DNA of 64,000 nt, taken from Oopsacas minuta. Taxonomy: Eukaryota > Animalia > Porifera. Within the stretch, counting starts at the first letter, position 1; each line of letters begins with the position of its first letter. Position numbers and translations under genes: made by a program. Location of the stretch: NCBI GenBank assembly GCA_024704765.1, contig JAKMXF010000306.1, forward strand, positions 402,395-466,394. Reading direction: 5' to 3'. The notes under the pieces are model-generated. The model did no database searches. It was not told the origin of the DNA and saw only the letters and a list, made by a program, of their open reading frames with translations. Shown piece after piece: positions 12,901 through 23,666 of the stretch.

Positions 12901-15072
12901 AGGGTCAAGTAGCCAACATTGGCATGCCAGAGGTCACATTGGAGGAGCTTGAGCTACAGGGCATGGAGGCTGCTGATGCCGGGATCGTCTTTGCACTTAT
13001 GAAGACAATCACGCAGCTGGTGAAGGAGCCTATTGCGAAGGTTGGCAAGGTGAGGGAGGAGGATCCGCAAAAAAACGACTGTGAGGATGAGGAGCCCATA
13101 CCTGTTCCGTCCTCTGCCGCGGCCGCGCAAGCCATCGAAACGCTCCTGCTGTACGCTACGGGTCGAGGTGATGTGGGAATCCTGAACGGATCGATGGACC
13201 TCGATGCCTATGAAGAGTTCGTGCGTGGTCGCAGGGTATCCGAGCTTGTACAGACCAAGATATCCTACTTCCCTCCCAAGTCCCCGACGCCTCGGATTAT
13301 CTTGGATATGATGGATTAAGATTCATTTTCGATGATATATATTTGAGCAGACATATTACGCAGCTCAGACTTGTTAATTACTATGTTTGTTGGTTTAGAT
13401 CTTGCAATAGTGATGTGTTATTGGGAGTGGCGGACACTCCCTCTTACTGGGACACCCTGGCCAAATCCCCGAGGTGTCCCGGTAAGTGGGAGCGTACTGT
13501 ATATGAAATGCCAGATTTTATGCGTATCTCACCCATATTAGACAAAGATGACGTTCAAATTGATTAAAGCCACCGTCTCAGCTTTTAAGGATGTTAGAAA
13601 CTCAGTGTCCAAACCAAAACGAGAATATAAATGACATGGTGATGACTCATATGGCAAAGATGTACAGTCCATATTACGTAGTGTCTATAAGAGACATGAG
13701 ACGACTAATGAGACTTGAGTGAGAGGATTATCGTAATTATATTGTAGCGGCGTCTAGTTTTACAACAGTCGAGGTCTCCAGTTGACCCACGATTAAGCGC
13801 AATTGAGTTATAAGATCCGGAAACTTGTGTATACCTATAGTCACATTTCAAAATAATTAGTATACTCACATTAAGGGATTGTGCATTACCTAATGTATCA
13901 ACGAGTATTGAAATCGCTTGCTTTATTGATCAAATGCTCTTGTGGAGCTCTAAAAGAAAGATAACCAACTATATATGAAATGTTCCAAAATTCATAATTA
14001 GTACTTATCAATCAGAGCTCTAGCAACTCTATAGTTTGTCAGTAGATCAATCATAGTATTTATCTGATGAATATCATTGATCATTGGAATATGAAAATCA
14101 ACTTGAGTTACATGGTGACACCATTAACTTGTAGAGTACGTTCTATGGAAAAGGAACTTTGAAGTATTATCGGATGCGTTGATGTAAGATTAACAAAATT
14201 CAAGGTAGTAGAATCAGAGTGCCAAATAATCCAACCAGAAGGAACATGAATGCCAGATAATTTGGCAATGAGTTAAACGAAATCTCCTGTAGCAAACTTT
14301 ATTTGTTCCTCTTCAAAGGTCACATTACTTAGCATTAATGCCTAGAATTTAGAGAGAACACAATTTCAGAGCCATAAGCCATAGGTAATTGTTTGCATTA
14401 TATTCACTTGGTTCTGTAACTCTGTTTCCCTTTTATCCTATCAAGGCGCTGGTATTATATAAACTATCATTGAGGTAAGTAGTACAATTGGGAAGATACT
14501 TAGTAGGCAATGCTCCATTCTTCAATCTAGCCTGTATAGAGCGGGTTGGATTCTTTCCATCAATGTCTAAATATGACTGAATGTCTATTGTCGCCTGGGA
14601 TCAAAATACTTGGCACAAAAGAAAATCTTCTTTAGTTGATCCACATCTAAAAAATTTAGGAAAATATAAACGAACGCGATATGAACTTAGTGATAAAAAT
14701 TAAAAATAGCAGTGGAAAATTCTAAAATATGAACTAGACCCTAAACCCAAAGGAAAATTGACAAGAAAAAGCTTTGTATATTGGGGACTCACCATCTCTG
14801 TACAAAAATGATATCCACTTTTGCTCAATATCTGGAGCATTAGATGGCATCTGGAAGACTGGTATACCACAGTGATCATTGTAGTAACCCGTTTGACATC
14901 TGGGTACGGAACAAGATTTGGGCATACTCGGAAAATCAACTGTAACTAACTAAGCAATTGAAACAATCAAAGATGGAAAAAGAAAGATCTAGAAGCAGTA
15001 GTGAAATAATAAACAACGGGCTTTCAAAAATTCCCGACTAAGGTCGTAGAATTTTAAGATATAGGATATTAT
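9926..15072 (-). mobile_element. Decayed full-length-type P element, interrupted by a Tigger; 5' TIR damaged
   Basis: 3' TIR CGTGACCCACGTAATATAACGCCTG..TTTTGGACCATGG at 9926. THAP start MPKSCSVPRC..PVFQMP..KW at 14925. Catalytic-region remnant (xEIRIKSGISYK) flanks the Tigger site; C-terminal remnants in ORFs 10945-11133 and 10233-10439; reading ends near 10140. Confidence 0.8.
11560..13499 (+). mobile_element. pogo/Tigger element (CENP-B HTH + DDE_1), frameshifted
   Basis: 23-bp imperfect TIRs CAGCACACTCCTGCTTACCGGGA / CAGTACGCTCCCACTTACCGGGA with TA on both sides. ORFs 11744-12304 (FKASEGWLSRLKDRHGI), 12390-12749 (VLLFMDNASVH; QPLDAGVIQTFK) and 12819-13319 are linked by short indels; N.DETG is out of frame near 12255. 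Confidence 0.95.
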
Positions 15073-18000
15073 CGTGACCTACGTTATAATAAGGCCTGTT
15101 CACTAGTGCGATTTTTTGGACCATGGATGTCGTTTAAGTCCATTAAATTTTATTTCAAATAATCATGTATTTGATGTTATTCACCTAAATCGTGAACTTA
15201 AAAATTGTTCTTAGGCGATTTTAAAGACCATGGATGTCGTTGAAGGCTTGTAAAAAAAGTATTTCTTAGAAACCCATAATATTTATAATAATTTATGAAT
15301 CAACCTTTTTGTTACATTCAATTTATTGAAACAATACATTTACGTACTCACTACCCGTTGTACCTTGTCCTCTTGTACTTTTATCCTAAGTTGTTTAGAC
15401 AACTTAGCTTTTATCTCTATAATGCCGCTCTCCACCCTGTTCTATCAGTTATGTGCATTTCTTTAATCTAACTCTCGATTTCTCCTTTTTATAGTTTCAA
15501 TTAGCTTGTCATGCCCAACAGGTGTTCTGCCCCCGGATGTCGGAGTAATTACGCAGGAGAACCTTATACTCCAGTCTTTAAGTTGTCAAATGGTCCACCT
15601 GATCTTGTCAATCGTTGGCATCGAGCGCTCTGTAGAGAAGGTATCAGAGACTTAAAGAATGTGTTTGTGTGCTCAAAACATTTCCTCGACGAAGAAATTC
15701 AGACCAGTTTTTCTATCCATCAACCAGATGGAACATACTTAGAAGTACCAGCTAAGCCTAAATTGCAGAAGGATGCAGTGCCAAGATTTCTACCTGGATG
15801 TCCACTTCATCTCTCTTCGTCATCTGACACCATACCTCCGAGATTTGATAGATCTTTGAGAGAACAGCATTTGATTGATACTGCAATAAATGAGAGTCTA
15901 TTACAGTATAACCAAGACAAAGAACTTTTTCAGATTACCACACTGGAAGACTTGGTATCCAAAAGGAAGCACTCGGGTTTGCCTAATCATTGGTTAGTTT
16001 GGTCTTCTGATGATAATTCCTTTAATTTACTCAAACCTTCTACAACGAATAACAGTTTGATTGCAATTAGATGCTCGTTAACTATTACCGAAACATTACA
16101 TACTATGGGTTTCTACGAAGGTATACGCATTCCTCTTTCTCTCACTCAGATAAATGATATTCGTCAACTTAACGATTTGCTTAAAGAAATTGAAAACCAT
16201 TCTGCCCCTACTAATTCTCCTGAAACATTCCAACACCATGTCAGAGAAGCAACCGGAAGCATTCATAAAGCTATAGACTCCCTTTCAACTGGAGAAGAAT
16301 CTGGAAACCAACAGCTTCTATTATCAAGTCTTCAGTTTATTCTATGCCAATTGGATAACGCTTTGATCGCGAAAACTATGAGGCGATACAACATCGAAAC
16401 TCTTGTCTTGTCCCTCAAATGCCAGCTTATCTCGCCAGTTTGCTATAGATATCTTCAATCCCTGGACTGTCTATCATTGCCGCACATTTCTACTCTAAAG
16501 CGCTTATATTCCAATTTTGGTTTGGATTCTGAGTTTACCAACTATCTCAAACAATCAGTCACTCAGTTTAACAAATGGGAACGAAATGTAGTGATTCAGA
16601 TGGATGAAATTCATGTAAAATCCACATTTACATACAAAGGAGGTAAGATAATTGGATCTTCTTTGAATCCTACTGATCCTGCAAAAACCGTTTTTGCCTT
16701 CAGGATATCAAGTTTGTCCAAACGATGGTCCAGTATTGTCCGTTTACTGCCCTGTTCCAGCTCATCTGCTGAGGTACTCTTTCCTATCATCAAAGATGTT
16801 ATTCGTGATGTTGAAGCATGTGGACTCTCTGTACACGTTTTATGTACTGACAATTACCCGATGAACGTTAACATTTTCAAGTTATTTTCTCCCAGCCGAC
16901 TTCTAGAGCATATTGTTCCTCACCCTATGGACTCAAACCGGCCATTGTTTTTGCTTTTTGACTTCGTTCATATAATCAAATCGATACGTAATAACTGGCT
17001 AAACCAAATAGATTATAATAAAACATTCACTTATCCAGATTTTGAGAACATACAAGTTGCGAGCACTGCAGTTTTCGAAGAAATTCGCGAATTATACAAA
17101 AGTGACCAACACTCTGTTGCTAAATTAGCTCCAAGATTAACCTCTAAAGCTTGTTGGCCTTCCACTTTAGAACGACAAAATGTTTCTTTAGCTTTAAGGA
17201 TATTTGATGAATCTACAGCCGCTGCATTAAACGTTAGCTACCAATCGCGATACCACACTTCTACAAATTCACAGACTGCAAACTTTATTACCATTATTTG
17301 TAATGTTTGGAAGATATTCAACATCAATACTCCGAACAAGGGTATCCTTCACAAAGATGAATTTTCAGTTCCACTTACCTACAATAATACCAGATTTATG
17401 TTCCTTCAACGTGTAGTTGATTGGGCTGAATGTTGGCGAGTCATGCCTGACAAAAGAGGTAAATTAAGTCCTCAAACCTTTACAAGTTTCCGTCACTCTT
17501 GTATTGCACTCCCGTGCATTGTAAACCATCTGACTGGAAATTGTGGCTATTCGTACGTCCTTTCTTCGTTCTTGCAAAATGATCCACTTGAGCATCATTT
17601 TGGCTTGTATAGGATGATGTCAGGAGCACAATACCACATTAGCTATTGCCAGGTCCTTGAAACAGAACGGAGAATAAAGTTGTCCAGCATACTCAAATTA
17701 TTTTCGAAAAAGCCTGTAGAAGATAGCATATCACTTAAGAACTTCTTAGAATCGTGCTCATCCTCTTGTGACTAAGACTCCCATGCGTCTTTCAACTTAG
17801 AGATGTATCTCTCGGCGATTCAGGGATATTCAGGGATAGAATTAAACAAGCAAATACTCCAATCACTCTCCTTTATAGCAGGCTACTCAGTGCATGCCTA
17901 TTACAAACATTCTACTAAATGTCAATCATGTCTCTTATTCCTCACTGAAAACAAAGAAATGGAAATTGAAGAACCTTCAGATTCTGAATATCGATTAATT

Positions 18001-18699
18001 CAGATAATCGACCGAGGCTCACTAAAATGGCCAAGTAGTGATGTCATAGACGCAATTATTACGCTATGGAAAGTATTCTCTTCTATCGAGAGTCAACCAA
18101 GCATATTCAATAACTTTATAACCGGTCCTTCTAGAAGTATCCTGATGCAGTTAACAACCAGTCTTATAGAAGATGAACAAGCTGAAGTATGGAGAGTGAT
18201 GTGTGACGAATGTGGTACACTCATGTGGGATGTATTAGCTAAACTATTGACTGCTACTTCAAACTGTCTTATATCAAATAAGATTAAGACATGAATTCCC
18301 AGCTACCCTTGAAACCGTGTGTCGAAAATACTCGAAAATTAAAGAAATTGAAGCCTAATTAACTTATCACATACCACTTTAATATACGTATCTTTTATTA
18401 TTTTGTACTATTATCAGGCACTCACTATTTGAAATATGCTTAGTATTAAACCCAATAATATTTTATCTCATGGATTCACATTTTAGTTAATTTTCTCTAA
18501 CTATAACATTTATTGTAAAAATAAGGACTTAAATGCATCCATGGTCTTCAAAATCGCTTAAGAACAATTTTTAAGTTCACGATTTGGGTGAATAACATCA
18601 AATACATGATTATTTGAAATAAAATTTAACGGACTTTAACGACATCCATGGTCCAAAAAATCGCACTAGTGAACAGGCCTTATTATAACGTAGGTCACG
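15073..18699 (+). mobile_element. Near-intact P-superfamily element with 164-bp TIRs
   Basis: TIRs 15073-15236 and 18536-18699 (5 mismatches by eye). Perfect 8-bp TSD GATATTAT at 15065-15072 and 18700-18707. Single long transposase ORF. Confidence 0.97.
15511..17775 (+). CDS. THAP-domain P-element transposase (THAP9-like), 754 aa to a premature TAA; same frame continues to 18294
   Basis: THAP C2CH signature (CSAPGC..W..CSKHF..AVP). RNase-H-like catalytic motifs IQMDEIHVK, CTDNYPMN, FDFVHIIKSIRNNW and QNDPLEHHFG. ORF 17803-18294 is in the same frame (FIAGY..CQSC..RGSLKWPS). A probable 1-bp frameshift near 18290 leads to RKLKKLKPN*. Confidence 0.95.
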   Translation: MPNRCSAPGCRSNYAGEPYTPVFKLSNGPPDLVNRWHRALCREGIRDLKNVFVCSKHFLDEEIQTSFSIHQPDGTYLEVPAKPKLQKDAVPRFLPGCPLHLSSSSDTIPPRFDRSLREQHLIDTAINESLLQYNQDKELFQITTLEDLVSKRKHSGLPNHWLVWSSDDNSFNLLKPSTTNNSLIAIRCSLTITETLHTMGFYEGIRIPLSLTQINDIRQLNDLLKEIENHSAPTNSPETFQHHVREATGSIHKAIDSLSTGEESGNQQLLLSSLQFILCQLDNALIAKTMRRYNIETLVLSLKCQLISPVCYRYLQSLDCLSLPHISTLKRLYSNFGLDSEFTNYLKQSVTQFNKWERNVVIQMDEIHVKSTFTYKGGKIIGSSLNPTDPAKTVFAFRISSLSKRWSSIVRLLPCSSSSAEVLFPIIKDVIRDVEACGLSVHVLCTDNYPMNVNIFKLFSPSRLLEHIVPHPMDSNRPLFLLFDFVHIIKSIRNNWLNQIDYNKTFTYPDFENIQVASTAVFEEIRELYKSDQHSVAKLAPRLTSKACWPSTLERQNVSLALRIFDESTAAALNVSYQSRYHTSTNSQTANFITIICNVWKIFNINTPNKGILHKDEFSVPLTYNNTRFMFLQRVVDWAECWRVMPDKRGKLSPQTFTSFRHSCIALPCIVNHLTGNCGYSYVLSSFLQNDPLEHHFGLYRMMSGAQYHISYCQVLETERRIKLSSILKLFSKKPVEDSISLKNFLESCSSSCD

Positions 18700-18789
18700 G
18701 ATATTATATTACGTATCTCTATTAATAATGAACCGTTTTCTATTATCTATTCAGAACTACCCTAACCTTCACCATATCGCCAATATTTT

Positions 18790-19982
18790 TCTAGTTACGA
18801 TTATTTCAAATTTCTCAGCTTTGAACATACTTGTATTCTTAAGTATTTATGGCTTCAAATTTGAAATTTGAACAAAGATCCTATATCAAAATTCGCACGC
18901 TTCTTGGTATTGGCCCGAAGGATATTCTCATTGACTTGGAAGTCGTTTATGGAGATGCTAGCCTTTCATATACTACTGTGAAGGAGTGGACCAATCGGTT
19001 TCGTGAAGGACCAGAGTCACTGGAAGATGAGGAACGAATCGGGCTTCCCGGATCCGCCGTGACTAGCGCTGACACATCTGAAAATCCCTGAAGAGTGGAA
19101 GAAGATCCTTTTCCACCGTTGAGAAGTTGGCTATGAGTGTAGGGATCTCAACGAGAGCTGTTCACTCCATACTTATCAGTGAGCTGAAAGTTTGAAAAAT
19201 TTGTTCGATGTGGATCCCGCATTCCCTTACAAAGGACCAGAAGGACTGTCGGGTAACTTGTGCAAGAAAAAGAATCTCAGAGTATAAAGACTTGGATCCA
19301 AGAAGGCTGGCAGAAATCATTATTGGTGAGGAGACTTTGATAAGATACGACGAGCCACTATCCAAAGAAAGAAAAAGGTATGGGTCGTAAAGGTGAGGCG
19401 CCTCCTCCCAATCCTAGACAGGACTTCAGAGATCAGAAGGTTTATACTCAATTTTCTTTGATGCACATGGCCCAGTTGCCCAGATTATAATATCCAAAGG
19501 AAGATAATTACCGGGGACTTCATGCCAAAAGTTGCTTCTCACTCAGAAGTAGAAAAACATCACTGGGAGAGGGGCCGCCAAAGTTTGGACCGCGGGGCCA
19601 GCGATTATTACATGATAATTGACGGCCACATAAAACTAAGCTCGTAAGGTCAGAGTTAGATAGAATGAGAGCTGTGCAACTAGATTATCCACCCTACTCA
19701 CCTGACCTCGCTCCTTGTGATTTCTGACTCTTTGCAAAGTTGAAAAGGAACTTGCAGGCAGGCATTTTGATACCCAGAATCGACCTAGGGAACGCAATTT
19801 GGAGATCCCAAAAGACATCCCACCCCGAGACTATAAAAATGTACTTTTTAATGGCCAGATCGTCTCCAACGAGTCATAAGCGTTAATGATGAACATTTCG
19901 GGAAAATATACGAATTGTAGATGTATATTTTGTATAGTTACAAAAATATGGGTAGGATCGGAAACTTTTTGAGCATCCGTTG
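18790..19982 (+). mobile_element. Decayed mariner element
   Basis: HTH ORF 18849-19091 (EQRSYIK..W..RFREG..SLEDEER); WIPHSLT; IGEETLIRYDEP; DYPPYSPDLAPCDF at ~19685. Right end GGAAACTTTTTGAGCATCCGTTG followed by TA; left TIR mostly lost. Confidence 0.85.
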
Positions 19983-21301
19983 TAATAACAACAAATAATT
20001 CATACTGGAACTTGTTTCTAAAAGGATAGAATATTGTACTATTCAGTTATGGGTGATAAAAATATAATCAACTCCCTGTTATCCCTGGTTTATTTGAGTG
20101 AGTAGGCATTATATATAGTAGGCCATGATTCGTGTAAATTTCATGTATATACTAACGTTCTTCACCTCAAATCTTGACTGCTAGGAAAACGAAAGGTCTC
20201 GGGAAAGTGGAGAAGAAATGAGATAAAATCCAGCTTAGTTTAAAGAGTCCATCGTTTTGTCCCTCTGTCACATATTCACTTCAAGAAAGCAGTCACAGGC
20301 CCTCAAAATATCACAACCTATTTTACCAATACAATCAATTGATAGTACAATAATACACCAGATCCAAACAGTGTCTCAAATTGCTGGGATGATATCTACA
20401 CCAGCAAGATGTCTAAAATGTTCGGTTGTCAAAAGAACAGCATGTGTAGCATATAAAAACCATATCATTAAGAGTGTGGGCTAATTCACTTGAGCGAAAT
20501 GTTAAGATATCAGACAACCTGGAAGGAAAAACTGAATATGGTGTAATATCAAGCCAGCTCAGTCCATACAAATAGGAACTCCGCATCAAAATAACAATGT
20601 TTTTGTTAAATATTAATAGTCTTATAATAATTTAAGCAAAACAAACTAGACAATCGTCTTAGGCTATAAACTAAGGTGACATGCTTTTGGTGACAGGTGT
20701 AAATATTGCAGTGTGTTTCAATACCTTTGGGCAGAGAGGGTATTGTCTAAAATTTAATACCTACATTCTCGTCGATACAAATTAATATACTCGAGTCACT
20801 TTTAACAGAAATATCGGATACCGACATCTCGCTACACGACATTTCGTTACAGACATTTCGCTACAGACATTTCGCTACAGCGACATTTCGTTACACGACA
20901 TCTCGCTACTTATTTGATTGGTCAATTTTAATTATTATTTATAATTAAATTATTCCCCTTAAATATCATAAAATCTACCCTTGTAGAATCCCAGTTATAG
21001 TTTAGATTCTTGTAAAGCCGTTCAAAGTATTACGTCTAAATGCATTGAGTATATTTTCAGAAGTTACCTCAATCAAATAATTCGAAACAACTGATGATGT
21101 TTATACACGAATTGGAATGTAACCTCAAGTAATCATCATCAAATTCTTTACTCTGTAAACATCGTACAGCTGTTTTATGAAGTCAATAAGCTTCAAAATT
21201 CAATAAATACGATTGGTTACTTCCATTGTTCAGATCAGTGTTTCTCAAACAAATTATTTATCTATTTTTATTGTATTATTTGTTGATTATTTAATTTGCT
21301 A

Positions 21302-22085
21302 ATGGCAGAGCCTCCTGATCAACCATTCAGGTTGATCGGGACAATCAGAGGAGGCAACAAGTTGATGGAAGGAGGCTATAAGTATACTATGCGGAGGAGG
21401 ATTGGAGATGTGGTGCATTGGCAGTGCGAGGAGAGGGGAACTTGTAAGGCAAGAATTCACACTAAAGATACAGAGATAGTAAAGCGCACGAGTGAACATA
21501 CTCATGCGCCTGACGAGCAGGCTGTGAGCTGCTGCGAGACGAAGCTGGACATCAAGAGGAAAGCACGAGAGTCCCAGGATAGCGCACACCACATAGTGGG
21601 CGAGAGTTTGCAGACAGCATCAGAGGGTACTGCTGCTAAACTACCCAAGCTGGACAGCCTGAAGCGGACAATACAACGCCAACGTGCTAGTGCACTTGCA
21701 GCGCCAGTACAGCCTACCACTCTAGCAGAGCTAGCTCTACCAGCAGTCTACCAGCAGACAGCCAAGGGAGAACAGTTCTTACTCTACGACTCTGGTGCAG
21801 ACGATGTACACAGATTCCTCATCTTCGGGACATAACCCAACCTCGGGATGTTGCAGCGAAGCAAGATCTGGCTAGCTGATGGCACCTTCAAGACGGCACC
21901 TCCCCTCTTCGCCCAGGTGTATGTGGTGCATGGACTCCGTGGAGGAGATGATCCTATGAAGACCGGTCATCTGTTACCGAGCCTGTTCGTGCTACTGCCC
22001 AACAAGACGGAGGCTGCCTACCTGAGGATGTGGGAACAGATCCGCCTACTGTGTCCACTTGCCCAACCTCAACAGATGCTCCTGG
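21302..22085 (+). pseudogene. MULE transposase 5' half (FLYWCH zinc finger + start of catalytic domain)
   Basis: GYKYT..VHWQCEERGTCKARIHT..HTHAP (FLYWCH-type). One in-frame TAA at 21833. Then WLADGTFKTAPPLFAQVYVVHG..LLPNKTEAAY..QMLLD, where the ORF is cut by an inverted duplication. Confidence 0.9.
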
Positions 22086-22348
22086 ACTGGCGCTGCAAGT
22101 GCACTAGCACGTTGGCGTTGTATCGTCCGCTTCAGGCTGTCCAGCTTGGGTAGTTTAGCAGCAGTACCCTCTGATGCTGTCTGCAAACTCTCGCCCACTA
22201 TGTGGTGTGCGCTATCCTGGGACTCTCGTGCTTTCCTCTTGATGTCCAGCTTCGTCTCGCAGCAGCTCACAGCCTGCTCGTCAGGCGCATGAGTATGTTC
22301 ACTCGTGCGCTTTACTATCTCTGTATCTTTAGTGTGAATTCTTGCCTT
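22086..22348 (-). repeat. 263-bp inverted duplicate of 21446-21708
   Basis: Base-by-base reverse complement with one mismatch seen (GGACAATAC vs GGACGATAC); paired coordinates sum to 43794 at both ends. Confidence 0.97.
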
Positions 22349-22899
22349 CCATTTTCCTCTCAAATCCACTGCCATGCCCCCATCTCTAATTCTCCTCCTC
22401 CTCTCCAATGCAGCTACCAAGGACTAAGGACAGATGTCAAGATGTGGTAGCTGCCGACAAACTCCTCCAACTCGATCTCTAATTATGTGTTTATATTATG
22501 TTTTATCTATGTTTATATACTAGTATGTATTGTTTAATTTCCCAGCGGCATGTAATGTACAGTTTGTGTTTATTAAACTATAGAAGACCGCAAAAATCCA
22601 AAAATGCAGGGCAAAGTAAATTACCAGTCAATATTAGCCACGGCCTAATCTGTATTATTAAATCTTAGTTTGTGTAGTCTGTCTGTCTCGCTCCCCCATA
22701 TGGAAAACGTATAGGTTCAGTTCGTAAGTCCAGAACCAAACGTTACACTAAATAACGACAACAAAACAACGTTGTACTGGTAATCGAATATGATAATCTA
22801 AACAACATTTTATAAATATTGTTCACTTTTGGGGACAGAAAGTGAGCAGATTTAAAGAGTGGTATAATGTTTGCCAAGGTTGAGATTATAAGTTTATGT

Positions 22900-22976
22900 A
22901 CTCGAAGGCCGTAGGCCCGATTGTGGACACGAAGTGTTCGCAACCGCGTAGCGGGAGCAAGCGAAACGCGCTAGTA
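22900..22976 (+). other. GC-rich mini-hairpin cluster ending in CTAG-T; possible Helitron-like 3' end
   Basis: GGCC-GTA-GGCC, CAC-GAA-GTG and CGC-GTA-GCG, then AGCAAGCGAAACGCGCTAGT. Confidence 0.4.
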
Positions 22977-23666
22977 TTTAATGAATTCAGTGTGACACGA
23001 TTAGACTTGTTTAAGACATACACTCAAATGCTACACTGAGCTGCTCCGTATATTTATCTCTGTAAGGCTGTAACATATAGACGATAAACAGAGTCGTAGA
23101 TAATCCTATGGAGCACTAATATAGACCAACGAAATAGTAGCATATCATTGTACCATGAATAGTCCTATACAAAATCCCAAGTGTTCCTCAGTGTCAGTGA
23201 CCGTACCAATTCATATTCCAACATTATATTAAGTTACTATGGGCCATGTACATCCAATTAGAAATTCTGCGTAGTTTCTGATGAGTTATTTCAGCTGTTC
23301 CTACTCCTAACTAACAAAGGTACTGCTCATGACATTCTGTCGAAATCGACGGGTAGTTTGCTACTTTATACACTTGAACTAATTAATCGCGTCTTGAACG
23401 GTCGAGTAGGATCAAAGTTTTCGTGATATATGTATCAGCAAAACTTAGGTGTGTTTCGTATACGGTATGTCATGTATACAAGATAAATACTTTCGAATAT
23501 ATCCGGAAGGTTGGTGCTGGAGTTATGACGGTCTATAGAAGTACTGTGAACACCAAAAGGCGTTTTCACGCTTGCCTCCAGCAATTGGTCGCCCCACTAG
23601 TTCATGGTAAGCGAAGCGACCTTGAATTCCAAGAAAATATTGCTGTCGTTTGTAATTTTGAAAATA

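Larger units (their letters stand above)
9695..20127. mobile_element. Outer non-autonomous P-type element (TIR CATGGCCTACTATA) expanded by nested insertions
   Basis: Left end CAAAGCCTACTATACATAAAGCCTATTCACTCCAATAAACCAGGGATAACTGGGAGT at 9695 is the imperfect inverse of the ~57 bp ending at 20127. Degenerate 7-bp flanks TTTCGTA/ATTCGTG (5/7). Confidence 0.6.

Noticed and set aside
22046-22420. 124-aa minus-strand ORF as a second MULE gene (mudrB-like)
   Set aside because: It is simply the inverted duplicate of the transposase 5' region.
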